A program made the position numbers and the translations under genes. Of a stretch of 64,000 nucleotides of DNA, positions 9,001 through 18,570 are shown piece by piece (the first letter of the stretch is position 1; each line of letters begins with the position of its first letter). A model generated the notes under the pieces. It saw only the letters and a program-made list of their open reading frames with translations, was not told the DNA's origin and made no database searches. Source of the DNA: Ostrea edulis (Eukaryota); assembly GCF_947568905.1 (NCBI RefSeq), contig NC_079169.1:47120001-47184000 (forward strand), written 5' to 3'.

Positions 9001-11905
9001 TACTGGTAACCTCATGAAGTGTAGATTCCATTTTCTTCGTACATATAACATGACCCTCAGGGTCATTGTGGTGCTAACGATGCAGGGCTGCAAGGATTTG
9101 TCTAATTGATATGCAATTATCCCCACATAGTGTAGATTCAAATTCTCTGCAACCATGAACCTCGAGGCCACATTAGGGATTTAAAGTATTACATGAATGT
9201 AGGAACAGTTTTTAAACATCTACTGATGAACCTAAGGGTACAATTCATCAATTTGCAAATGTCCTCATACGTTGTAGATTCAGTTTTATTCACATTATGA
9301 ACCCAGGGACCAAAACACCCGGTTAGAGTTTTCTGATGAAGAACAATAAGGATGTGATTTATCAAACTAATGCCAGAGCGGAACCAAAAGAAGGGTTAAA
9401 TGTTATTGACAGGATTGTATAAGAGTTGAGGGGGAAATTCTTCTGTTCAAGCATTTCTCAAATTAATGTACGATTTTCTTCATATCTTGACCCCAGGGTT
9501 AGACCGTTTTATGCTACAGTGTATCAATGTCCCATAAAATACTAATGAGCTGATCTGTGTGTGAGCAAGACGATTCATGTGAGCGTTGTGGGTCACTGCC
9601 CGCTAGGTTTAGAAGGAAGTATTTTTGCTTACCTGGTGTGTATGTTGGTGGAATACAATTAATGATGGCGAATTGATATGCATATGCAGTCACAGGTGCG
9701 CGGTCCACGTTACTGAATTCTCCGAGTCCTGTTTGGAACAGAAATACAATTACGTCATATTTCAGTCAGTTAGAAACATGCAATTTCTGGGGTCATTCTA
9801 CAGGCACTAGGCTATGTAAAGCTCAAAGCAAATTGTAAGATACTATTTGAAATCTTACTTCCGAAACTCATGTAAAGATAGTCGCTCCTCACTTTCCCTT
9901 GGGGATTTTCAGCAGTGCAATAGTAGGTACCAGCATCGCTAGTTTCATCTGGATTCTGAATGGAGAGCTTTCCGTTCGTCAACGTATATCGAGGATCACT
10001 TGCAGCAGTGATTTCATTTATGCTTCCATCCTCCTTGATTTTGGTAATTCTGTAATCTGGTTGGGGATTACCATGTGCTACGCATTCGAACGTTGCTGCT
10101 ATTGCCTTGCCGACCACCACGATACTTTGGGGCTGTATCAGGAAATTAGGCCCTTTTGGAGCAGTGCTAGGGTCGGAAGTGTTACGACCGTAAGCTGGAA
10201 ATGGGGAGGAAAAAATGCTCTCTCTTGCATCTTAGAACTATTTTTATTTACTTGCTATCGAAATCATAAAGCAACATGTTTTCCTACTCACTGAAATCCC
10301 TTTCATCTTGTACGATTTTGTAGGATTCTTCTAGGCTAATCTCACAGATAAAGGGATTGAGAGCTGATGCCACGTCTCGCCCAAATAAATAGGAGTACAC
10401 TAAAGTCCGATAGAATAATGCAGTACTTCAATGGCGACATTCAGTCAAAGGATGCATTATTAGGATGACAATATTGATCCAAACAATTCAGAAATTTGCA
10501 CGAATTTCATAAAAAAAAAAGTGAGGTAAGTAATGAAATGAAAGCAATTGATTAACATAGTTTGATACTAGTAATATAATATCTGAATTTCAAATAACCT
10601 CCATATGTATATACTATGTGCCTTCCTGGTTTATTCATCTCCTGATTGACCCACACGGATTGACCCATTATCTCTTTCGTTCCATCACCCTCCCATCTGA
10701 CGTCGTATTTCGCCATGTCATAAACTATACCACTTGTGTACCAGCGATACCTTGTCAAAAAGAAATAAGTAAAGCTATTTTAACTGCAGTCTAGTATTGT
10801 TTTTGCTACAGTTTAATTTACGCTATTTTCACCGTTAGCCAAACGTGTTTTTTTTTTTTAAACTTCAGCTAATATGATTTAGCCATACTATTTTTATGGA
10901 ATGAGCATACATGTGTACATGAATAAACCGTAAATTTAAGATTGAACGAAAACGAATTTAGACCCCAAAAACCCTGTAAATTTGATTTCCGTACGATGAT
11001 ACGTCATTGGTTAACAGCCATTGTCCAATGAAATTGTGCTCTTGGAGTGTGTTCACGCTCAGCAACTGAGCACCATTCGCCTGAAAAAATGAATTCCATG
11101 ATCTATGGTAGTGTATAGATAATATATGAAATTGTATACAAGCTGTGAAATTGATATCTTTCTGTTCCCCCTTTATTTTATGGATTTTTTAGTTTGATTC
11201 TGTCATTGTAATGGATTCCTATTTGTAAGTTCAAACTTACATGTATAGGGTCATGCAATAGTTATGTACTTCAACATTTCCTGAATATGCCGATATATCA
11301 CAACACTTACTCCGCATGTAATTTTGGCATCATTATAGGTTCTGTATGGGTAGATGTTGAACTGGTAGCAGTGGGTGTCATGGAGTATCCAAGAATCTGG
11401 ACAATCTGATAAAAAGATACAAAAACAAAACCAAACCACTTTACATTTCTGCTGCAAAATCATAACGTATATCACAATGATTTATATCAACATAAATGAA
11501 TAGGTTTCACAATATTTAGCTTGGATCAGTTAACTATGTGTGAAGTTGCCTGAATATATCTGAATATATGCCCGAGATATATGCATGTTTTCAAACATTA
11601 ACACATACTGAGCCACTGCGAACAAACACATTGTATCAACAACACCAATATAGATTTCTCCCTGAAATTAAAAAAAAATGCTAAGGTTACTAGCTAGGTC
11701 TGTATATGGGTTTCATTTTACTGATTATTAATGATTACCTTTCTTATGAAGAAGAACTGTTGTTATAACGAACTTTTTGAAAATATGAAACTGTAATGCA
11801 TAACGCGTCAAAATGAAATTGAAATTGCCTCATTTCAACAATGATTTCTCGGTAATATTTATTATAAATTTCTAAAACAAAAATGGATGAATGTACTTGC
11901 CTCAT
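1..11905 (-). CDS. cntn: Contactin, invertebrate type (SP + C-type lectin-like domain + 6 Ig + FN3 repeats); spliced gene, 3' part outside the window
   Basis: 18 exons joined by hand give one open frame of 2671 nt with matching phases. All acceptors are AG and all donors GT except the first (GC). The CTLD-Ig6-FN3 order matches Drosophila/mollusc contactin, including RDFTYG...PKGPNF after the CTLD and GPPSEASG at the Ig6-FN3 junction. Confidence 0.93.
162..308 (-). CDS. cntn: contactin exon 17, FN3-1 second half (…GLNPGSGYRFRVYSTNSYGVGPRSRPS)
   Basis: gcttttgtag| ... |gtaacg; 147 nt; L-x-P-x-x-x-Y-x-F-R-V FN3 motif. Confidence 0.94.
444..608 (-). CDS. cntn: contactin exon 16, FN3-1 first half (GPPSEASGVF...RLSWTVG...WYIAID)
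   Basis: cctgatcag| ... |gtaagt; 165 nt; not in the ORF track. Confidence 0.93.
775..901 (-). CDS. cntn: contactin exon 15, Ig6 second half (GESQSLTGLFVMATQFKHSGKYTCRAQTTREKFESWAVVTVL)
   Basis: gttccacag| ... |gttagt; 127 nt; not in the ORF track. Confidence 0.93.
1032..1192 (-). CDS. cntn: contactin exon 14, Ig6 first half
   Basis: tgttttcag| ... |gtatgt; 161 nt; LRCQASYSPLQDVIYTWLFN. Confidence 0.94.
1336..1629 (-). CDS. cntn: contactin exon 13, Ig5
   Basis: cattccag| ... |gtaatg; 294 nt; CNPEAAPTPTFSW...DVGYYTCRVEN. Confidence 0.95.
1802..1875 (-). mobile_element. tRNA-Thr(AGT)-like SINE head relic
   Basis: Minus strand GGCCTAGTTAG(C/G)CCAGTGAATAGAttcCTGACTAGTAGTGCTGTATGGTCCTGGGTTCAATCTCCAGC: A-box-like, CT-AGT-A loop, B box GGTTCAATC. 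The cloverleaf is imperfect, so this is not a tRNA gene. Confidence 0.7.
1827..2860 (-). repeat. 49-bp minisatellite, 21 copies, derived from a tRNA-like SINE head
   Basis: Unit catacagcac(t/c)actagtcaggaatctattcactgggctaa(c/t)taggccgt; period checked at 1827, 1876 ... 2856. Confidence 0.97.
3879..4148 (-). CDS. cntn: contactin exon 12, Ig4
   Basis: gattttag| ... |gtactc; 270 nt; WRCEATAIPEPVYEWFKDG...DNGMYQCSAEN. Confidence 0.95.
4630..4814 (-). CDS. cntn: contactin exon 11, Ig3 second half
   Basis: ctcttgttag| ... |gtaagt; 185 nt; YSWSRDG...EDGGTYVC. Confidence 0.94.
4890..5212 (+). mobile_element. tRNA-derived SINE (V-domain-like body, shared ...gaaatattctcgag... tail)
   Basis: B box ggttcaattcc at about 4925; body aaaataggtggcgactg...cggcattagaagtga; tail matches other SINEs in the window. 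Family name from recall. Confidence 0.75.
5391..5834. repeat. 41-bp minisatellite, about 10.8 copies
   Basis: Unit catgttacccgtgactcagactacatatgtgataaacacgt; starts at 5391, 5432 ... 5801. Confidence 0.97.
5852..5957 (-). CDS. cntn: contactin exon 10, Ig3 first half (PTVWGPEISNEFISVYPRTPQKGQRVYLECLAFG)
   Basis: cttatttcag| ... |gtaaga; 106 nt, phase 1 to 2; not in the ORF track. Confidence 0.93.
6156..6386 (-). CDS. cntn: contactin exon 9, Ig2 second half
   Basis: ttgattgtag| ... |gtgata; 231 nt; YQWYK...FISRNGKLYFSEV...DIGNYRC. Confidence 0.93.
6990..7941 (+). mobile_element. Non-autonomous Helentron/Helitron-type element (HINE-like) with internal repeats and a 35-bp tandem duplication (6991-7060)
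   Basis: 3' end ctcaggtgaccgatagggccttgtgggcctcttgtt (subterminal motif + hairpin); internal repeats cttcttgataactaccattccaat...tttggtatgaagcatctttgg; homologous to 23250-24374. Confidence 0.8.
8780..9610 (+). mobile_element. Degenerate HINE-like element
   Basis: Repeated gtagattca/accatgacccc..ggg motifs; 3' end catgtgagcgttgtgggtcactgcccgctaggtt resembles the HINE terminus. Confidence 0.55.
9633..9728 (-). CDS. cntn: contactin exon 8, Ig2 first half (LGEFSNVDRAPVTAYAYQFAIINCIPPTYTP)
   Basis: ccaaacag| ... |gtaagc; 96 nt, phase 1-1. Confidence 0.92.
9859..10194 (-). CDS. cntn: contactin exon 7, linker + Ig1
   Basis: ccatttccag| ... |gtaaga; 336 nt; FECVAHGNPQP...DAGTYYCTAEN. Confidence 0.95.
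10292..10399 (-). CDS. cntn: contactin exon 6, CTLD end (YSYLFGRDVASALNPFICEISLEESYKIVQDERDF)
   Basis: ctttag| ... |gtgagt; 108 nt; PFICE terminal motif; not in the ORF track. Confidence 0.92.
10599..10750 (-). CDS. cntn: contactin exon 5, CTLD (YRWYTSG...RHIVYTYG)
   Basis: ctttttgacaag| ... |gttatt; 152 nt, phase 2 to 1. Confidence 0.88.
10995..11080 (-). CDS. cntn: contactin exon 4, CTLD (ANGAQLLSVNTLQEHNFIGQWLLTNDVS)
   Basis: ttttcag| ... |gtacgg; 86 nt, phase 0 to 2; GAxLLSVxxxxE is a CTLD motif; not in the ORF track. Confidence 0.92.
11311..11405 (-). CDS. cntn: contactin exon 3, CTLD start (CPDSWILHDTHCYQFNIYPYRTYNDAKITCG)
   Basis: ttatcag| acceptor, |gtaagt donor; long-form CTLD CPxxW...CY motif. 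Confidence 0.93.
11609..11661 (-). CDS. cntn: contactin exon 2, signal peptide (EKSILVLLIQCVCSQWL)
   Basis: taatttcag|G GAG AAA...CTC A|gtatgt; 53 nt, phase 2 to 1; hydrophobic core; joins exon 3 as WLNCPDSW. Confidence 0.85.
11901..11905 (-). CDS. cntn: contactin coding exon 1 (ATG AG|, GC donor)
   Basis: Minus strand reads tcaaaATGAG|gcaagt; phase 2 matches the next exon and gives MREKSILVLLIQCVCS. Confidence 0.7.
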
Positions 11906-12180
11906 TTTGATTCATTTCCTCGTCCACGAAGCGCTGCACTCAGGTATTGTATTTTATTGCTTTATGATCCATAATAAAGATGTGTCATCGCTTCAAGCTA
12001 ACAGAAATACCCGCTAAGTATTGTTCCCACATCATAAATTAATTGTTTATGATTCTCTTCGATTTAACAACCGTTGACACCAACGAAAAAAGGCGGGCTA
12101 TTTGAATTTTCCTTTATATTTAATGATAACTTCTGGTGTGAGGGAGTGTTTGGATGATACAGATTTCCCCCAGTAGTTAC

Positions 12181-12250
12181 CTGTACGGTTATATTGCGTT
12201 GTATTTGTTTTGATTGTCCTGGTGTATCGCAATGCCGCACGTAGTTGTAG
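12181..12250 (-). other. possible upstream 5' UTR exon of contactin
   Basis: Donor-like ccgtacag|gtaact on the minus strand about 280 nt upstream of the ATG exon; no coding frame; 5' boundary unknown. Confidence 0.25.
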
Positions 12251-13955
12251 TTCAGTAAAGATTTAAATTGTATTTAGATAAGGACAACTTGGATGCAATT
12301 TGCGTGTAATAAATCTAAAAATAAAAATGAATGAATATTTTTTTTTTTAGATTTCTGTCTTCATGCTAACTTCCTGATATTTCAAAATTTGAAATAGCAT
12401 ATTATATAATGCAATTAATGTTAACACAACATATACATGTATAAACCTTTCAACTGCATCTAAAGAAACGAAATCATACCAGAATAAGGATATGTATACA
12501 TATATATGTCTGAAACCACTCATTCTAATAGTGACAATTTTCCAGGATCTGGCAGTGCGCCTTCGTACTTTTAAAGATTTCATGATAAAATTTAAATCGA
12601 CAAATCAGTGAAAAAACTCCTTGTAAGCAGAGATGTATATATTGTGCTTCAAATTTTAAGAGAGTTGTAGCATACTCTATGTTGTATGTTGAGTCTGATT
12701 AACGATTTTTTGTCGACACGAAGAAATTTTGGAGGATCGTAAAGAGAACGCAATAGAAATTCCACTGCTTCCTGATTCATACGACTTTACGACAAAGGTG
12801 CAGCCAGACTTTTCAGAAGGGATAAACAGACAAGTTACGCATAATAAAAATCAGTTTCCGAAACTTTAATATATCAGTTTATGTCTAATAGAGGTTGTTA
12901 TCACCCTTTTATGTATACACCTGTTGTCACATTCAATTACGGGTACATTAATGTAACCGCGCATTAAATGAACTGTTTTATTACAAATTCTTTATGGATT
13001 TTATTAAGATTACAAGAATAGTTATGTATCCTAAAAAAGTCACCATTGTTCAAGAATTCAATGCCGAGGAAATTCAAATTTTAATAAAGTCATAAAGTTT
13101 TCATTTGTGGATTTTGATCTTTATCATAGGAATGTTTTGCAGGCCTTTTTTAAAGGAAGGGTGAAAATTAAAAGCGATAATTAACTATCATCAGGTGCGC
13201 TTTGTAGTGTTTTTTTCTTGTTGTCGTTTAGGAATAGATCTCGGATGAAGTTGAGAATTGGACCTTATCCTTAGAATATTTTTTGTATGACACTGGGCTT
13301 AAAATGAAGATGTAACTGATACGTGTATTTGACACGGGGATGATTGGCGAGAGACAGTCATAAAAGTTACGATTTTACCCGTCAAATTGCGTAAGCGTTA
13401 TGAACCACTTAACTTACATTTTATTTCTGCGACGACTGTGAAATATCAACCGTTGGAAGGCGTTTTGGATTTACCTCTGTTAAATTTAAGGAATTTTACG
13501 AGAGGAATTGTGACTATCTGGGGTTCTGTATTTGCAATCCTTAGTTTCATTCAGGATTTAGTTTTATCGCAGCGTTCAAGGTAAGATTTTCATGTATTAT
13601 AAAAATGAATGTAAAACCTATCAAGTTTCTAAAGTTGGATGCTAAGACACATGCCATGCGCTAAATAAAAAGTAGATATCAAAAGTTGTGTCCCAGGTGC
13701 AAGCATTTCTTTTGAAGAGAAAGTAAATTTTAACATTGCGATGAAAATCAATACACTGTTCAAAATTTAGTACTTTTTGTAATATCTCTGTAAACATTTT
13801 TTTTACTATCCCAATTCCTCCGAAATTTTGGAAGTTTATTTGAACGAAGAGCGTAATTAATCGTGAACTTCAGATTCGTGATGTAATCTCAATAATCGTG
13901 TGATGCCTATTTTTATATGGGGAAAGCATTACTAGGAAGCAATTTTTTATTCCGC

Positions 13956-13979
13956 TATATATATATATATATATATATA
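13956..13979. repeat. (TA)n microsatellite
   Basis: Direct reading. Confidence 0.95.
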
Positions 13980-14144
13980 AAGCCTAAAACCAAAAAACAT
14001 GTAGTCTGCGTTGTAAATACGTTTGTAGATTAGTGTAGTTGTAGTGCTAGATGTATTTATATGTAGTTTCTCTGTTAATATCGGCCACATTACGTAATTC
14101 TTTTCGTTTGTCCTGAAGAAGGGACGTCGTTGGTCATTTTAGTG

Positions 14145-14147
<3 letters not shown>

Positions 14148-14189
<42 letters not shown>
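14148..14189. repeat. (TA)n microsatellite
   Basis: Direct reading. Confidence 0.95.
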
Positions 14190-14193
<4 letters not shown>

Positions 14194-17100
14194 GGCGTTA
14201 GATTTACGTCATATTTTAAAGGACACCCAAAACGAACAATCATCCATATGACTGTCGTCCCAATTCCACGTTTCACTTCCAAGATACCCGAATTAATTCG
14301 GATGACATCGTTTTAATGCAGGCCTATCGTTGTGCATTGTCACCCCCAGTATGTGCATATGGTTAAAGGTGTTTGAGATAAGATGAGATACGGGTGGGCG
14401 GTTATTACTAATATTCACCAATTGACAGGGTGTAGACACATGTTGTCACCATTTGATGACACTTCAGTGATAAGACAAGAAATAGGAATTAAAACAACCC
14501 AGAAGATAAAGCTATTGCAGCAGGCAGGCACAACTCCAACGTACATTTTTCAAAGACTTTTCGCTTAGAGTTAAAGAAATTCGTTGGAATTCTTCGTTTT
14601 TCAGGTCATTGTAAAATTTCCATAAACACAGTTATAGATGTAAAAATGGACTACACGTTTGAAATGGTGTGAGAAAATTGAATTGTGAAGACGGCCGGTA
14701 AACTGTTAACTTCATCTACCGCCGGTGCTCCAATATTGTTGTTTTTTAAGTGATTCACATACCTTATATACTTCAGCTGTATTCTCGTAAAGTGCTTCAT
14801 ATAAGATAGATTGTGTTTCCTATGGTATGCTTGTTGTGCACACTGTATCTATACTCTCTGAGACTGTTAGAATCTTTTCCTGTTTATGAATGTGACCGAC
14901 TCTCGGCAACCTTCTCTAGTACCTTTCACTGCATTTAGATAATGCTGTTCTGCCGGAGGTTGATGGATTTGCTTCCTTAATTATGTGTCAAGATCATGGT
15001 TTTATGCAGAGAAACAAATGTCGTCTTGACAATATCATGGCATGTTTCTTTTGGCAAGGTTACACTTACCCAGTTGGCAGTATTATCGCCTATTTGTCAA
15101 TGGTTAGCTAGTTATTCCGTTGCCGTCTTCGTCTATACTTCGTAATTTAGAATAGCGTTTCGGTAACTTATTTTTATCAAATTATCTGCCTTTATGAAGT
15201 ACAGGAAACATCAATTAATGGCATTGATACATTAAAAAAGGCACATTTCCTGTTATTTATAGTGCAGTTTCTGTATGGTACTTTTTGTTATTTAATCATA
15301 TGCAGGATGTCTTGGTAACAATGTATCTTGCTTAGTCTTGTGTCATTTCACACTTTCATCTTCGATGAAACGAACAGTCCATAATACAAAAATCTCTTAA
15401 CTATGCGACACCAAATCTACTTCCAAATACATATACAAAGGCGAGGAAATTTTTGTTGCAGCACCGATTAGTCCCCATATAATTAGCGTGAAAGTTAACC
15501 TGTAATTTAGTCTAGCGATCAGTAATGGTACACCCTATCTATCTTTATCCCTCTATAGAGCTGAAGAGGTTAAGGCGAACCGGGTCTGTCAATCTGAGGC
15601 TATACTTATCCGAAACTCTATCATTGACGAGACATACGATCTTCACAGAAGACAATAGAGAGCTGCACTGGCAATCGGTGACATTTCTATGCACATGACC
15701 ACGAGTCATCTCAGTTTTTCACTGCAACCGTATTGGTTTTGTTTTTGCCTTGGGAAGATTTTGCGCAGTTTAACTTAGGAATTAGCATTATTGCAAAAAA
15801 ATCGTATTTGGAAAGTAGTCCAATCGTTTAATATTGATACGTGTCCCCCAAGGAAAAGTCAACTTTTTGTACAGTTAACTTGTATAAAAGTTCCTGAGGT
15901 TTTACATTAATGTCGCTGTGGATTCTGAGGTAAGAGAATTCTGTAAATTTGCTTCTTAAAGTACATACTTTGTTTTCATTATGACATGCAATTGTATGAT
16001 AATAGTCCTGAATAATTCTATCGTGTTAAGTCCCTCCAAAGGCATATAAGCTGATTAGCTTGAATTTGTGCGGTTTCAAGCAAAGTCTCGAGATGGTCAA
16101 AAACTCTATATTCCATTTGAGAACGATAGTTTTAAACCTTACGGGTACTTGCAGTCTTTAACTTGCATAAAAAAATGTTTATCGTTTCATCATTGAAAAA
16201 TATATTACAGAGACCAAAGAACTCTCTATTGGTATTCATTTCCAACTTCTAAGATCTACAAAGGAAAACATGATAATGTTTTGATTCAAATAAAGTGATT
16301 AATTAAAGGAAAATATTATTTAAAAAACTATCATTTGTAAAAGATTAATGTATTTTTCATTAAAACCTGTCTGCATCTATGTTTTCTTTTGGTATATACA
16401 TGAGAACACTAGTTACAAATCTTTTATTTATATTTCTTCCATTCGTTTATCGTCATTTGTGTATTTTTGTTTCGATCATCCGGTGCATGTTGATGAGAAA
16501 TTTTTGTTTTAATCTCTTTTCGATTTCAAGAAATCAAGCGTTTTTATTTCTTAAAGTTTGAGAACAGAATCAGATAATTGGCTCTCTATCCTTTGCGGTT
16601 CCTTATCTTTACCTACAAACTCGTAGGATCGTCGACTGCCAAGCCATCCGTTTCCCCTTTTCCTTGCTGCTTTCATTTCGAATCATTTTTATTTAGATTT
16701 GAGATTAATTTGTGATGACTTTCAATACTTTGCTGTCTATATTGGTGCAACACTATTATGTTATAATAATGTATGATATTATAATATATTACAGAATTTA
16801 AATATGAATAGTTTATAGAGTTGACAAAGTCGACTTTAATCATTGAATATACGAATTAGAATTTGCGTATGAATAAAACATATTTTAAAGGTGTTAAATG
16901 CTAATCACAGCGCCCCGGCAGGGGGACTGACCTGAGCTGTTAACCGGTTTGGGACTGTTCTTTCATCATGCACATTAAAATGAAAGTCGCTGGTCTTTAA
17001 TTCAATTTTGAGAAATATGTTATTTATCATATAACAAGGGTTATCATGAACAATGATGGAATAGCAGGCATAAATCTTCTTTCTTTCTGCAGATCAAAGT

Positions 17101-17229
17101 ACATGCCGTAGATATATCTATACTTGAAAATGGATTATTATGTACTATCACACGTAATAAAGAGGGGGGGGGGGGAGAGAGTGGGTGAGGAGTTGTTTGC
17201 CTAATCATTTGGGATTACTGGTCTTTTTG

Positions 17230-17340
17230 ATAAGACCCTTAAATTGAGGTCCCGTGTCATGGTAGGCACTTCAGCTGAAGAGCACGCGCCTCGAAATTGA
17301 TGAAATAATCTCTACAGGACGTTAAACAGCAGTCTCTTGG
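17230..17340 (+). mobile_element. Internally deleted SINE fragment
   Basis: gaggtcccgtgtcatggtaggc ... ggacgttaaaca match the body and tail of the other SINE copies. Confidence 0.55.
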
Positions 17341-18498
17341 AATAATTTAGACATTTCTATTTTATAAAACAAACCCTTCTATCTTCGCCGCTTTAAGACG
17401 GAACATGCTTCAGTGTACCGAAAACTTGAACAAAGTGTTTCCCCATAGGAGTGTGCATTAGATCTCAACCTTTACGCAGCTTTACAAAGGTCGTCCTCTC
17501 ACAGTAATATATATACACACCTGTCAAAAATTTGTATATTCGTCAATCGTCACATTACAGAGGTTAAAACGGGTATAAAAATGGCGAAGGATAATATTTC
17601 TTTATCGTACGAAATTTACATGAGCATCGTTTAATGTATTCAGGTTTTGCAGACGATCATAAAAATTAGAAATGACGTTTATGCCTCCTTTATGTATAAC
17701 ATGATTGTAACCCTATGTCTCAGAATTGTGAAAAGGAATCTCTGCTTTTGTATATCAGACTCAAAGCACATCTCATATGAAATAATAAAACCTAATATAT
17801 GGGAATCTGATTTTTAATTGACATCGATGAGTTTTGAATAAAGTATGCACTTTTTGACGAGTCGTCTGGTTTTCCCTTTTCTGTGTTGAATTCCCCCCTC
17901 TTCTCTTGGTACACGACAGTCATAAAACCCTGTTTGCTTGGTTGCTCAAAGTCTGTCTGAAGAAAGATAAAATCATCATATTGTGACAATATAACTGAAG
18001 CTTATTGCTAATTTCAGCCTCGTTATGATATGTGATATGACCTTAAATCAATGATAAAAAGGTGGGATGAAAGTGTCTATGCACAGATAATTAGACAATG
18101 TTCACAAGTTTGAACACAATTAATAAGCTACCATTTTTAACGACCAGAAAATCCTATAAGACATAAAGTGAAATTCTAACCAGTTATTATCTCTCCGTAA
18201 CCTTTGTTAACTTTCCTAGGTGTGTAATTTCATGTAACAACTAACAGTTGTTGGCCATTGTGGTATTAGTGAACGTTTAAGACTCGGTTTGATATACATT
18301 GTTAACGTTGTTGAATTCCCATCACTTTTTAAAGAGTGAAATAATTTTATGTCTGGTCTAATATGACTCTGCCTCAAACGTAAGATAAAGTGGATCGGTA
18401 AGCACAGTAGTAGAGACATTTAAGATGTTCATGGAATTTCTTGATAAATTATTACAGATTAAGTAATGCATGATTTTTTAATATTTTGTTTAGATATA

Positions 18499-18570
18499 CT
18501 GTACAATGTAGACAATAAGTTACAGGCTGGTATATACCTGTACAATGTAGACAATAAGTTACAGGCTGGT
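18499..18570. repeat. 39-bp tandem duplication
   Basis: ctgtacaatgtagacaataagttacaggctggt occurs at 18499 and 18538. Confidence 0.9.

Noticed and set aside
9899-10294. + strand 131-aa ORF
   Set aside because: Antisense shadow of the contactin Ig1 exon.
12700-12870. 56-codon + strand open frame (RHEEILEDRKENAIEIPLLPDSYDF...)
   Set aside because: No ATG, no flanking splice sites and no recognisable domain.
14780-14960. Crypton/tyrosine-recombinase C-terminal motif on the minus strand
   Set aside because: Only a loose TG..S..LR.Y resemblance, with multiple stops and no catalytic R-H-R-H-Y pattern.
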